DNA from: Mobula hypostoma
Taxonomy: Eukaryota
Reading direction: 5' to 3'
Length of the DNA stretch: 64,000 nt
Assembly (NCBI RefSeq): GCF_963921235.1
Contig: NC_086108.1
Span: forward strand, 25,668,001-25,732,000
Part shown: in pieces, positions 40,027 to 53,529 of the stretch
Layout: each line of letters begins with the position of its first letter
Position numbering within the stretch: the stretch's first letter is position 1
Position numbers and translations under genes: made by a program
The notes under the pieces: model-generated
The model's input: the letters and a program-made list of their open reading frames with translations, nothing else
Database searches by the model: none
Told to the model about the DNA's origin: nothing

Positions 40027-40864
40027 TACACTCATTCCTACAAATGGCAGAACTGGTTACCAATCCCTCCACTTTCCTATCAATTTTTTTTTACCTTTCT
40101 CCTCCTTCCCAATTCTCCTGCAACCAACCAACAGTGGGGTTAATTTAGAGTAGCGATTGAATATGGCCATCCCAGGAAAGAGCCACATAGTCAGGTGGAA
40201 AACATGCAAGCTCACACAGACGGTACCCAGGGTTAGCGTTAAACCAGGGACTGGGGCAGTGAGGCAGCAGCACCAACTGCTGCACTACCGTACCCTTGCG
40301 ATGTTGACCGTACTTTTATCCATGGTGTCTGACAATTGCTTTCAGCATCGCAATGCAGCTTGAAGTTGAGATCCTGTACAGTGACCTAGAATTATCTTGT
40401 GATGTAAGTATACTGCTACCCTTGCCCTTCCAGGTTTTAGATAGGGGCTCTGGAATTGCTGGATGCAGATTAAAAGACAACCTTCATCTTGTGTCAGGGC
40501 CTTGCTGAAGTGGAAGTGTCTATAACTGATATCTCCTTCTAAACCTGGCACAAGCACTGGTGAGGAAGTAGACCAACTCACTGCCGTTGGCAGTGCGGAA
40601 TGGTGGAAGCTCATTAATTTCTTCTTCTTCTACGAGTTATGTAATATTATCGGAATCCACCCAAATGCATTCAGGATAGGAGATGTATGTTACCTCCTGT
40701 AATGCAGAAGGAGGCAATTCAGCTCAGCACATCCATGCTGGCTTCAGTGACATTAGTCCACATTCTACTGCACCTTCTTAACCTTTCCTGAAAATGTCTA
40801 GCAACTTTAAATTCCTGGTATTACTTGTTACTATTTCAGAGGATCTGTTCTGGACCCAGCACGT

Positions 40865-41546
40865 AAGTGCAATTGTGAAGAAAGTATGGCAGCACCTCTA
40901 ATTTCTTATGAGTCTGCGAAGATTCGTCATGACATCTAAAACTTTGACAAACTCCTCTAGATAAGTAGTGGAGAATGTATTGACCGGCTGAATCACAGCC
41001 TGGTATGGAAACCCATTGCTTTTGAACGGGAGATCCTAGAAAAGGTGGTGCATTCAGCCCAATACATCATGGGTAAAGCCCTATCAACTATTGAGCACAT
41101 CTACCTGAAATGTTGCTGTAGGAAAGTAGCATCCATTATCAGAGATCCCCACCACAGGCCATGCACTTTTCTCACTGCTGCCATCAGGGAGAAGGCACAA
41201 GAGCCTCAGGACTCACATTAACAGGTTCAAGAGCAGTTACTACCCCACAACCATCAGGCTCTTGAGGAAAAGGAGACAAATGCACTCACTCGCCCACCCA
41301 TTGAGATGCTCCCACAGCCAATGTTTTTAAGGACTCCTTATCTCATTATCTCCTATTCTTCTTGTTTATAACTATTTATTCATATTTGCATTTGCATAGC
41401 TCTGCATTCTGACTGATCTCTCATTGACCCTTTTACAGTTACTATTCTATAGATTTTTCTGAGTAAGCCTGCAGGAAAATGAATCTCAGGTTTGCATGTG
41501 ATGAAATGCATGTACTTTGATAATAAAATTTACTTTGAACTTTGAA
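40865..41546 (+). mobile_element. Rex1/Babar LINE 3' fragment
   Basis: Colinear with 9085-9793, including the tail. Confidence 0.82.
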
Positions 41547-42171
41547 CAATGGGTTTCTACTAGATTTGTGATAGCACATGAGTTCTACATTGATTAATCC
41601 GAACACTCAGCAGTAGTTGCTCTAATGATTGCTTGAATTAGTGGATTGTGCTTTGAAAGAAATGGATGGTTTATCATTACAATTATATTGATTTTAATAA
41701 TCCATATATGCATCCTGGGAAGCTATGTACGCATATATTCACCACATCTTTAGTGGTAATGGAAGGAATCAGGAAATTGTTCGCCTTGGTGCTTCTTTAC
41801 TGGTAAAATTCTCAGTCTCATAACCTAATGAGGCAATCATTTGAAATAGCTCTTAAGTTAATTTGTTGCTTCATAATGATTGCTTTTAGGTAGATTGACA
41901 TCAGTTGACCATTTTTTGATTTATTTGTATAATCTTGAGGTCAACATCATTAATGAATTCAACAGTCCCTAATGATGAGCTCAGAGGTAACCATCACTCT
42001 GTAAAGGGATAAGAAATAAAAATACCCTGTGTTCTGAAAAAGGCACAGAACAATTGGATGGCTTTATTACAATATTCAAAAGGGACTTGCCTGTAAAATA
42101 TAGCACATCATGTAAGGAAATTTTGTGCAAAAGAAACCACATTGTCAAAGAAATGAAATAATTTAAATTCA

Positions 42172-44440
42172 TACAACACTCACAACACGCTGGAACTCAG
42201 CAGGTCGGGGAGCATCCGTGGAAATGATCAGTCAATGTTTCGGGCCGGAACCCTTTGTCAGGACTGAAGGGGGAAGGGGCAGAGGCCCTATAAAGAAGGT
42301 GGGGCGAGGGTGGGAAGGAGAAGGCTAGTAGGTTCCAGGTGAAAAAGCAGTAAGGGTAAAGATGAAGGGGTAGGGGAGGGAAAGCAGGGAGGGGATAGGC
42401 AGGAAAGGTGAAGAAGGAATGGGGAAAGCACAATGGGCAGTAAAAGGAGGCAGAACCATGATGGAGGTAGTAGGCAGCTGGGGGAGGGGGCAGAGTGAAA
42501 CTGGGATAGGGGAAGGGAAGGGGAGGGAATTACCGGAAGTTAGAGAATTCAATGTTCATACCAAGGGGCTGGAGACTACCTAGACGGTATATGAGGTGTT
42601 GCTTCTCCAACCTCAGTTTAGCCTCATCATGGCAGTAGAGTCCAGGTATGGACATATCCAAATGGGAATGTGAAGCAGAGTTGAAGTGGGTGGCAACCGG
42701 GAGATCCTGTCTGTTGTGGAGGTGCTCGACGAAGCGGTCCCCCGATCTGCATCGGGTTTCACCGATGTAGAGGGGGCCACACCGGGAGCACCGGATGCAA
42801 TAGATGACCTCAACAGACTCACAAGTGAAGTGTTACCTCACCAGGAAGGACTGTTTGGGGCCCTGAATGGTGGCAAGAGAGGAGGTGTAGGGACAGGTGT
42901 AGCACTTATGCTTACAGGGATAAGTGCTGGGTGGGAGATCCGTGGGGAGGGCCTTGTGGACCAGGGAGTCATGGAGGGAACGATCCCTGTGGAAATCGGA
43001 GAGAGGTGGAGAGGGAAAGATGTGCTTAGTGGTGGGGTCCTGTTGAGGGTGGCGGAAGTTGCGGAGGATAATGTGCTGGATCCGGAGGCTGGTGGGATGG
43101 TAGGTGAGGACAAGGGGAATTCTATCCCTGCTGTGGTGGCGGGAGGATGGGATGAGGGCCGAAGTGCAGGAAATGGAGGAGATGTAGGTGAGGGCTTCAT
43201 TGATGACGGCAGAAGGGAAACCATGATCCTTAAAGAAAGAGGACATTTGAGATGTCCTGGAACAGAAAGCCTCATCCTGGGACCAGATGCGGCGGAGACA
43301 GAGGAACTAGGAATAGGGAATGGCATTTTTGTATGTGGCAGGGTGGGAAGAGGTATAGTCGAAGTAGTTATGAGAGTCTGTGGGCTTGTAGAGGATGTCA
43401 GTGGATAGTCTGTCTCCAGAGATGGAAACCGAGAGATCGAGAAAGGGGAGAGAAGTGTCCGAGATAGACCAAGTGAATTTGAGGGCTGGGTGGAAGTTTG
43501 AAGTAAAGTCGATGAAATTGACAAGGTCAACATGGGTGCAGGAAGCAGCACCAATGTAGTCGTCAAAAGTTGGGGAGCAGTACCAGTATGGGTTTGGAGC
43601 ACAGACTGTTCCACATAACCAACAAAGAGGCAGGCATAGCTGGGGCCTTGCGAGTGCCCATAGCTACACCGTTGGTCTGAAGAAAGTAGGAAGAGCCAAA
43701 AGTGGAGTTATTAAGTGTGAGAACCAGTTCCGCCAACCAGAGGAGGGTAGTGGTGGTGGGGAACTGGTGAGGTCTATTGTCCAGAAAGTAGCGGAGGCCT
43801 TTGAGGCCTTCTTGATGGGGAATGGAGGTGTATAAGGATTGGATATCCATAGTGAAAATGAAGCGGTCGGGACTGGGGAACTGGAAGTTATTGAAGAGTT
43901 GGAGGGCATGGGATGTATCCCGGATGTAGGTAGGGAGGGACTGAACTATGGGTGACAAAATGGAGTCCATGTAGGCAGATACAAGTTTGGTGGGGCAGGA
44001 GCAGGCAAAAACTATGGGTCTACTGGGGCAGTAAGGCTTGTGGATCTTGGGGAGGAGGTAAAACCGAGTGGTACGGGGTATGGGAATTATGAGTTTAGTG
44101 GCTGAGGATGGAAGGTCTCCGGAGTTGATAAGGGCAGTGATGGTACAGGAGACAATGGTTTGAGGTTTTTTGGTGGGGTCCTGTTCCAGGGGTAGGTAAG
44201 AGGAGGTGTCAGAGAGCTGCCGTTTGGCCTCAGTGAGGTAGAGGTCCGACCGCCAGACTACTACGGCACCACCTTTGTCTGCAGGTTTGATGGTAAGGTT
44301 GGGATTAGTGTGGAAAGAGTGGAGGGCAGTGCGTTCAGAGGGAGTGAGGTTGGAACAGGAGAGAGGAGTGGTGAAGTTGAGATGGTTGATGTCTCAGTGA
44401 CAATTGGAAATGAAAAGATCGAGTGCAGGTAGAAGGCCCG
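42172..44440 (-). mobile_element. Penelope-like element (Neptune-type), 5'-truncated, frameshifted RT + GIY-YIG
   Basis: IKPADKGGAVVVW, YLLPKIHK..GRPIV, TMDIQSLYTSIP, GVAMGT, CKHKCYTC; 3' terminus at ~42172. Confidence 0.92.
42229..42266 (-). ncRNA. Decayed hammerhead ribozyme motif
   Basis: CAGTC-CTGACAA-AGGGTTCCGGCCC-GAAA-CATT-GACTG; two CpG-type changes affect the core and stem III. Confidence 0.6.
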
Positions 44441-47400
44441 GACATATTTTTCCATTATGCTCCATTTGTACATAGTCTAGGTTATTATTAGAGCACGTTT
44501 CATTACTTGTGCTGTTCAGTACACATAATGAATGTTCAAAGCAAGTACTGAAACTCCACTGTGTGGATGCAAGACACCATATAATATGCCTTGGACATGG
44601 CTTGCCATGGGCCTGCTTACAATTGTTAAAAACACATCAGAGGCAACACACTGGAAGTAAGGTCTAAACAGAAGGAAATGGTGCTGTAGTGTACAATTTA
44701 AAGAGATCTTCAATTACCTGCAGGTTTTTCAGGATTGGCCAGGTGGGGTCTCATTGCACTCCTTGGGACTGAATTTGTAATTATCAGGATCAGAGAGGTT
44801 CTTTCTGGCTGAGTTGAAGGCTGCTTTGTTTTTTGGGAAAAATGGATTTTCCACAGACGCTGCTGGATCAGCAGCACAATTTTGAGTGGAATGATGAGGT
44901 TGAAAGCAGAGGAAGTATGTAGAAATATGGAGAAGGTCTCTCTAAGAACAGTTTTCTGGGAGTGACCCTCCAGCAGTCTTCTGTTAAGAGGTACACAATG
45001 TCCAGGGGAGATAAGATTTCCAAAAACAAGTGTTCACTGAGATTTGTTAGATTCTACAGGCAGTGCTGTGATGATGCCCTTGCAGTGGGATTGCTCTCAA
45101 AATCAAGATGAAAATTACTGATTGAACATCAGCCTCCAGTTAACTCCAGACACTGGTGGCTGATGCATGACCCACATCAGTGGAAGAAGCACAGAAACAG
45201 TTTCACAATGTGAGGACTTCCTCTGTGCAAGGAAAGGGGAAATCATCAATTCATTCTAGTTTTTTATAAACCACAAGCAATGCAGGCACATGGATTTGCC
45301 TAGAAAAGAAAGCTACCCTATTGATAGATCCATGGTGCTAAATAATTTACATGTAAGCCCTACAGTGCTGATCAGCAAAGATATTACACCCTGAAGTTGC
45401 AAGTGTCATGTGACCACCGTCAAACGATCTTCTTCATGGTGAATACTTGGCATTTGGTAAGCTTGAGTAACTTTTCCAGTCTTTGACAGTTCTCCATCTC
45501 TGTTATAGTTCAGTTGATGTATGGCTCTTGGTGACAAAGTCTATCCCTCACTTCAAGGCTCACATTCCTCGATCAGTCTCCTACAATTGATGAAACTCAT
45601 TTAAAGCAAAGCCACGGGGTTGTATTTGGAACACTGTGGAGCTATTGGAGCTCAGTTGCATTGACTAGATGTGACGCCTGAAGTAATGACGTTCTCCCTC
45701 AATTTCCACAGAAGGGGATGAGGAGGAGAAAAAGAGAAGGAAGAAGAACAAAGCAAGAGAGAAGAATAACATTTCTCTCAAAATATGATGCTTGGGGATG
45801 TACTAACTGCATTGGCTGCAGCCAGTGAGGGCAATTCGACTCTGTATGTTACAGGATTGATTGGAGTCTAAATTCCAGTACGCTTCAGGAGCAAGCAAAG
45901 GATGAGAAATGAGAAGCTGAAAGCAATGAAAAGCAAAGTAGGAGTGGACAGCACCAATGGCACAGGACTTGAACACTGTGAAAGTAATACCAGACTGATC
46001 AATTCAAACTTTCCAAAACATGCAATTTCCTCAAAAAAAATCCATTAACCTTGTCAGATGACACGGGCTAACAGAAGGCAGCCACAACAGCCTGAAGACT
46101 CAGTACAATGTCATTGTAACCAACTCCCATTGTGGAGTTCAGATGTTTTAGCAACAAACCATTTAAGCAGGCCTCTGACAGTTTCACTTCTGAACCAGAC
46201 TTGTGATGAATTAACTGATAAATACTAAGCAAACCAAATTAGAAAGTGAAATGCTTTCTTTAGCACCAAATGTGATTGTTTTTTTGGTGACTGGTACAAT
46301 AAATCACAGTAAAATCTTGGGAGCAAATGACAAAATCCATGCAATGAGCTTAGTATTCCTGGCATTTCTCCTCATTTATCATAATGCTTTTGTTATTGAG
46401 AAAAAGAGCAATTTCTAATTAATGCGACCATTCATCTGTCAACCCATGATAATGGTGCAACTACAGTATGTACAGTACAGATTTACTATATTCACCTTTA
46501 CTGACATTCAAGGTACTCACAGCAGCATACATTGTCGATTTTAACACTCAATGCTTTGTAATTTACAGTGCCAATTCAAATCTCAATATGAATCTAATTA
46601 TACTCAGGAGCTGAAGACCAATGTAAACCCATCAATTTGTCAGGCAGAGAAGATATACAGCACTTAACATTAAAGAGCTTCTTTCACGCCAATAGCACAG
46701 GCTTTTAATTCTGACTGCAATTAAACTAAAAGCAGAGCTTCATCCCACACAGGTAACAGTTCCTTGGAGAAATCTTCCGCCACTAGCAGACGAGACGGGA
46801 GTTCTGACAGTCTTTGAGCAATCTTCTCAAGAGAGCAGTGTGAGTTCTGAGGAGCACAACAGTTTAGCCAACTGGCATGCAGTGACATCATCAAGAATTC
46901 CCAGAGTCAGATGGAGCTTTCAGTTCTGAGATAATGCTTTCACTGCACACTTCAACTAAGATGGCTTAAGGCAGTTTCCAACTATCAACAAAGCACACAG
47001 CTGCCTTAGAAACATGATTTCCTGTAAAGTTTCATGGGAAAATCCTCAGAGACAGGCTTTCGAAAACGGCATAGGGTAAATGTTATGCGAGGTCTCTCAG
47101 AGCAGGGGTTTGAACATCACAGCTTAGCTAATTAAGTTTATACCCAACACACTAGCTGATACAGTACTGGAAATATAAATGATAAATATAGTTCGCATAT
47201 CTTACAAGGAGAATATTTGTTATTGCGTTTGGAAGGATGCTTAAACTGTGAGAATAAAGCAGCACGATTCCAGTCTGGAGATGTCAACAGAATCTCAGTT
47301 ACCAGTCGGAAGAGGCTCTGTAGATATTTCAGCTGTTTTGTGTACCAGAAATACACGAGCTACTTGCAGCAAAGCTCCATTCAAAATTCAGTTTCACTGA

Positions 47401-47974
47401 AGTCAAATGAACAAATCTCAGAGTGATCCGAATCTGCTGCATCCAATACCATGTCTTTGGTCCTATCATCTTAAGGTATGGCTTGCCTGACACCAAGATA
47501 TATAAACTCTAGAGTAAAGATTGACGGGTTCACTACTATATTCAATATTTTTCAGCTGATCTAATAGTAAGCTTCCTCCTAACAATATCATCCCTATTAT
47601 GTACTCTAAAATCATTAAAAGCCTTTCAGCTACAATACTCTTTCTGATATACTTCCCAACCTCATTATAGGTCTTTCAGCCACACAGTGGCAGCTCAGTT
47701 ATCACCACAGTAGAGCCACTGCTGCATACCATAAAAATTGTTAGTCCCCAAGTTACTATAGATTACTGATCATTCTCGTCTCCCTTTCCACAGGCCTCAT
47801 ACCTTTCCAGCAGCCACCAGCAAGTTTGGGCGATGCTTCTCTACTGGATCTATCAATGTGGAAGCACAGCAAGCATTGATTCAGAAGATTGCCAAAGCCC
47901 GTCCCCAGCTCAAACCTGGACCCTAGTGTTAGAAATGAATGTTAAAGAGAATAGAAGCTCATCAATACACTTAA

Positions 47975-48170
47975 AGCAGAGGCACAAGAAACTGCAGGAT
48001 GCCATAGTCAAGAGCCAAACATGAACTACTACAGGAACTCAGTGAGTAAAATGGAATGTCCAGAAGCAAAAGGATAGTTAGCTGCCTGGGCCCAGACCCT
48101 GCATCAGGGCTTTGACCCAAAAGTTGACTATCTCTGTGCTGCAAAAGATACTACTCGAAGCATTTAAATG
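47975..48170. mobile_element. Old fold-back mini PLE
   Basis: Minus arm ending GACCCTGCATCAGGGC (~48110), immediately followed by plus-arm TTGACCCAAAAGTTGACTAT. Confidence 0.5.
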
Positions 48171-48534
48171 CAGTGTATGTTCCAAAAAGCCGTCAGGCCT
48201 GCAGTGTAGATTCTAACAGATATTTAAAATTTTAAAAATGATATATTTTCAAATATGTTCTTAAGCTATGGGTCACATACAAAGCTTAGCCGTTTCTCCA
48301 AAAATAACTTAGGAACAGGATTTACTTAATGTCCCATGAGCTTGTCCAACTGTTCAATCGGATCATGGTTAACTCCATGCACCCACATTGATTCAGTAGC
48401 CTTGAACAGAATTTCTCAGCCTTACCCTTGAGCGTTCCACATGCTTTTAGATCCATGAATTAGACTCCCCTTTGTATCAAAAAAAAATGCATTACCGATT
48501 CCTCCAATAGTGGCTGAACTTCACTTTTAAGATT

Positions 48535-51285
48535 ATAGAAACATAGAAACATAGAAAATAGGTGCAGGAGTAGGCCATTCGGCCCTTCGAGCCTGCACCG
48601 CCATTTATTATGATCATGGCTGATCATCCAACTCAGAACCCAGCCTTCCCTCCATACCCCGTGACCCCTGTAGCCACAAGGGCCATATCTAACTTCCTTT
48701 TAAACATAGCTAATGAACTGGCCTCAACAGTTTGCTGTGGCAGAGAATTCCACAGATTCACCACTCTCTGTGTGAAGAAGTTTTTCCTAACCTCGGTCCT
48801 AAAAGGCTTCCCCTCTATCCTCAAACTGTGACCCCTCGTTCTAGACCTCCCCAACATCGGGAACAATCTTCCCGCATCTAGCCTGTCCAATCCCTTTAGG
48901 ATCTTATACGTTTCAATCAGATCCCCCCTCAATCTTCTAAATTCCAACGAGTACAAGCCCAGTTCATCCAGTCTTTCTTCATATGAAAGACCTGCCATCC
49001 CAGGAATCAATCTGGTGAACCTTCTTTGTACTCCCTCTATGGCAAGGATGTCTTTCCTCAGATTAGGGGACCAAAACTGCACACAATACTCCAGGTGTGG
49101 TCTCACCAAGGCCTTGTACAACTGCAGTAGTACCTCCCTGCTCCTGTACTCGAATCCTCTCGCTATAAATGCCAGCATACCGTTCGCCTTTTTCACCGCC
49201 TGCTGTACCTGCATGCCCACTTTCAATGACTGGTGTATAATGACACCCAGGTCTCGTTGCACCTCCCCTTTTCCTAATCGGCCACCATTCAGATAATAAT
49301 CTGTTTTCCTATTTTTGCCACCAAAGTGGATAACTTCACATTTATCCACATTAAATTGCATCTGCCATGAGTTTGCCCACTCACCCAACCTATCCAAGTC
49401 ACCCTGCATCCTCTTAGCATCCTCCTCACTGCTAACACTGCCACCCAGCTTCGTGTCATCCGCAAACTTGGAGATGCTGCATTTAATTCCCTCATCCAAG
49501 TCATTAATATATATTGTAAACAACTGGGGTCCCAGCACTGAGCCTTGCGGTACCCCACTAGTCACCGCCTGCCATTCTGAAAAGGTCCCGTTTATTCCCA
49601 CTCTTTGCTTCCTGTCTGCTAACCAATTCTCCACCCACACCAATACCTTACCCCCAATACCATGTGCTTTAAGTTTGCACACTAATCTCCTGTGTGGGAC
49701 CTTGTCAAAAGCCTTTTGAAAATCCAAATATACCACATCCACTGGTTCTCCCCTATCCACTCTACTAGTTACATCCTCAAAAAATTCTATGAGATTCGTC
49801 AGACATGATTTTCCTTTCACAAATCCATGCTGACTTTGTCCGATCATTTCACCGCTTTCCAAATGTGCTGTTATCACATCCTTGATAACTGACTCCAGCA
49901 GTTTCCCCACCACCGACGTTAGGCTAACCGGCCTATAATTCCCCGGTTTCTCTCTCCCTCCTTTTTTAAAAAGTGGGGTTACATTAGCCACCCTCCAATC
50001 CTCAGGAACTAGTCCAGAATCTAACGAGTTTTGAAAAATTATCACTAATGCATCCACTATTTCTTGGGCCACTTCCTTAAGCACTCTGGGATGCAGACCA
50101 TCTGGCCCTGGGGATTTATCTGCCTTCAATCCCTTCAATTTACCTAACACCACTTCCCTACTAACATGTATTTCGCTCAGTTCCTCCATCTCACTGGACC
50201 CTCTGTCCCTTACTATTTCTGGAAGATTATTTATGTCCTCCTTAGTGAAGACAGAACCAAAGTAATTATTCAATTGGTCTGCCATGTCCTTGCTCCCCAT
50301 AATCAATTCACCTGTTTCTGTTTGCAGGGGACCTACATTTGTCTTTATCAGTCTTTTCCTTTTTACATATCTATAAAAGCTTTTACAGTCCGTTTTTATG
50401 TTCTCTGCCAGTTTTCTCTCATAATCTTTTTTCCCCTTCCTAATTAAGCCCTTTGTCCTCCTCTGCTGAACTCTGAATTTCTCCCAGTCCTCAGGTGAGC
50501 CACTTTCTCTGGCTAATTTGTATGCTACTTCTTTGGAATTGATACTATCCCTAATTTCTCTTGTCAGCCACGGGTGCACTACCTTCCTTGATTTATTCTT
50601 TTGCCAAACTGGGATGAACAATTGTTGTAGTTCATCCATGCAACCTTTAAATGCCTGCCATTGCATATCCACCGTCAATCCTTGAAGTGTCATTTGCCAG
50701 TCTATCTTAGCTAATTCATGTCTCATACCTTCAAAGTTACCCCTCTTTAAGTTCAGAACCTTTGTTTCTGAATTAACTACGTCACTCTCCATGTTAATGA
50801 AGAATTCCACCATATTATGGTCACTCTTACCCAAGGGGCCTCTCACGACAAGATCGCTAATTAACCCTTCCTCATTGCTCAAAACCCAGTCCAGAATAGC
50901 CTGCTCTCTAGTCGGTTCCTCGACATGTTGGTTCAAAAAACCATCCCGCATACATTCCAAGAAATCCTCTTCCTCAGCACCTTTACCAATTTGGTTCACC
51001 CAGTCTACATGTAGATTGAAGTCACCCATTATAACTGCTGTTCCTTTATTGCACACATTTCTAATTTCCTGTTTAATACCATCTCCGACCTCACTACTAC
51101 TGTTAGGTGGCCTGTACACAACTCCCAGCAGCGTCTTCTGCCCCTTAGTGTTACGCAGCTCTACCCATATCGATTCCACATCTTCCCGGCTTATGTCCTT
51201 CCTTTCTATTGCGTTAATCTCTTTTTTAACCAGCAACGCCACCCCACCTCCCCTTCCTTCGTGTCTATCCCTCCTGAATATTGAA
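48535..51285 (-). mobile_element. Young CR1 LINE, 5'-truncated within the endonuclease
   Basis: (TTTCTATG)n tail at the left end; uninterrupted ORF2. Confidence 0.96.
48633..51242 (-). CDS. CR1 ORF2 (AP endonuclease C-terminal part + reverse transcriptase), 869-aa open frame lacking the native N-terminus
   Basis: VYRPP, GDFN, SDH, KSPGPDG, NYRPVSLTS, QHGF, DFQKAFDKV, GVPQGSVLGP, KFADD; no stops or frameshifts. Confidence 0.9.
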   Translation of the reverse strand: MALLVKKEINAIERKDISREDVESIWVELRNTKGQKTLLGVVYRPPNSSSEVGDGIKQEIRNVCNKGTAVIMGDFNLHVDWVNQIGKGAEEEDFLECMRDGFLNQHVEEPTREQAILDWVLSNEEGLISDLVVRGPLGKSDHNMVEFFINMESDVVNSETKVLNLKRGNFEGMRHELAKIDWQMTLQGLTVDMQWQAFKGCMDELQQLFIPVWQKNKSRKVVHPWLTREIRDSINSKEVAYKLARESGSPEDWEKFRVQQRRTKGLIRKGKKDYERKLAENIKTDCKSFYRYVKRKRLIKTNVGPLQTETGELIMGSKDMADQLNNYFGSVFTKEDINNLPEIVRDRGSSEMEELSEIHVSREVVLGKLKGLKADKSPGPDGLHPRVLKEVAQEIVDALVIIFQNSLDSGLVPEDWRVANVTPLFKKGGREKPGNYRPVSLTSVVGKLLESVIKDVITAHLESGEMIGQSQHGFVKGKSCLTNLIEFFEDVTSRVDRGEPVDVVYLDFQKAFDKVPHRRLVCKLKAHGIGGKVLVWVENWLADRKQRVGINGTFSEWQAVTSGVPQGSVLGPQLFTIYINDLDEGIKCSISKFADDTKLGGSVSSEEDAKRMQGDLDRLGEWANSWQMQFNVDKCEVIHFGGKNRKTDYYLNGGRLGKGEVQRDLGVIIHQSLKVGMQVQQAVKKANGMLAFIARGFEYRSREVLLQLYKALVRPHLEYCVQFWSPNLRKDILAIEGVQRRFTRLIPGMAGLSYEERLDELGLYSLEFRRLRGDLIETYKILKGLDRLDAGRLFPMLGRSRTRGHSLRIEGKPFRTEVRKNFFTQRVVNLWNSLPQQTVEASSLAMFKRKLDMALVATGVTGYGGKAGF

Positions 51286-53454
51286 TTGTCATTTGATTTA
51301 TTATTGGAAATATTTCTCTTTATTGACTCTGCTGGATGTATTTTGACATTTATATATTTGGATCAGATTAATTTTCACCTTTTTCCTATCTAGGAACAGG
51401 GCTAACTTTGTAAAAGTCTGTGCAGGTTATCCACAATGATGCAGTACCATTCAGGAAAAACTACTCTGTGATCCAGCCGTGATATTTTCTCCATGAATAG
51501 TGGTACTCAACATCAAACTCAATTCATCTGATGTGATCTGAACAAAGCTGTATAAATGAAGCAGAATTTCCCCCAGACACTAAGACCTTTTATTTGCATC
51601 TCCTTACAATAAAAGACAAAAATCTGTTTGCTTTACATTATCATTTGCAGATATATATTACCTTTAAAACATGGATGTTTGTAACTTGATTTGTTCCTTT
51701 TCAGATCCTAGTTTGTTACCATTAAAAAATAGTTCAATTTAGCTTTCTCCATCATAATGTAGATGTCCTCACACTTAAAAAACCATTAAATGTCATCTTT
51801 CATGAGTCTTCCCTGCTACTATAGAACTGCACTCTAACCCACCCTCACCTTTTTAAAGTCAGCTGCACACCTAATGTTAATCTCTGTAATCCATCTTCGA
51901 CATTGTTAATAAATATGGTGCATGGCTTTTGTTCCAGAATACACTAGTGAATACTATATACCATATCTTGCCAATTAGAATACATTCCTTTCTTACAGAT
52001 TCTGTACTCCTACTCTCAATAAATTTCCAACTCTTCTTGCTGAGAGTGGGTGATTCTCTGGAATTGCCTAATTTAAAGAATTGTGGATCACTGTAAGTAT
52101 TTAATATGAAGATTTAGAAAGTTTTGAAAAATTGGTGGCTATGAGGTACTAGAATAGATGAGGAGCGGAGAGCATTCAGTCCATCACAACTGTGGCATAT
52201 CATTGAAACGGCTATCCAGTAAATCCAGTTTCTCTAACCTTTCATAAATTTTCATAAATTCAATAATTTTGTTTCTCAAAACAAAATGTTTTTAAGAATT
52301 TATTAAACTTCCTTGCTGAATGTTTCAAGTAAAGTTGCTTCCACAATCCTGTCAGGCAGTGTGTTCCAAGTCACGAAAACTCATCACAGAAAAAGAAAAG
52401 TCTCATCTTTTTTCTTGTTTCTTTGCCAATTATCTCGAATCTGTGATGAGCACCCGCTCTGTTGCTAGAAACAGCTTCTTGTTACTTCGTTTTTAAAAAA
52501 AAAGTCCTATGTGCTTTTTGGCCTTCACCATATCTCTTCCGAATCTACTCTGCTTTTAGGAGGACAACATCTGCTTCATCAATTGTGACTCTGGTAAATT
52601 CCTACTTACGCTCTTCAAGGCTTTTTCATCATTCCTAATGAGTGATGCTCATTAAAGCCTGACAAATTTTGGAAGGCTTAGTAGGAGGTGCTTGTGGACT
52701 CTATTTTTAATGTACTTGTTTTATAGTTTTGATGAATTCTAATGTCATTATTAACGATTTTTATAAATATTTCCCTACGCACCTCAATTCCTGCCTCATT
52801 TGAAATTGCATTATTCATGTTGAAAAGAGGTAACATTTTTTCGACCAAACTTCAGATGCTCCTGCTTTAACTGTGTATGCCATTTGTCTGCCCATCAGTG
52901 TATAATTAACATTATTAATGTATTTTTGTAGTAGTTTATTACTATCACACGTTCTGAGCTACAGTGAAAATATTTTTTTTTGTGTACCCTTCAGGAAGCT
53001 GATGCCATTTATAATTACACTGAGGTAGTAAAAAGAAAACACAATGCAGAATGTGGTGCTGCAGATGCAGAGAAAATGTAGTTCAAAGAGACAAATAAAG
53101 TGCAAGGACCATAATGAGGTAGACTGGAAGATGAAGATTTCATTTTTTACCTCCGCCATTTTCATATTAATGGTCTCTTGGTTATTTTGATCATATAGAC
53201 TTCAATGCTGTATTCAATAGAAATGCCTGAAAATGGGATTTCTCCCTCTTCATGTAGACATACTGCATAGAGCACAAATATTAATTCAGATCCACTGCAA
53301 AAATCATAAAATTGAATAAAAATGCATTAAAAATAGCTGACATTTGGGAATAGTATCAAGACCTTAAAGGCTCTTTGCCAAGGCAGACACAGAACAGAAG
53401 AAAGCTGGAAGGCTGCCTTGGAGCTGAAAGAAGTGCAAGGGAGGAGGGACATGG

Positions 53455-53457
<3 letters not shown>

Positions 53458-53497
<40 letters not shown>

Positions 53498-53512
53498 TGT
53501 GCGTGTGTGTGT
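53458..53512 (+). repeat. (TG)n microsatellite
   Basis: Directly visible. Confidence 0.95.
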
Positions 53513-53529
53513 TTAAGAGAGAAATATCA

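Noticed and set aside
40435..40510. Plus-strand acceptor CCCTTGCCCTTCCAG
   Set aside because: Short frames ending in stops and no recognisable protein.
42686..43614. 240-aa (+) and 258-aa (-) ORFs
   Set aside because: Antisense and off-frame shadows of the PLE RT-EN gene.
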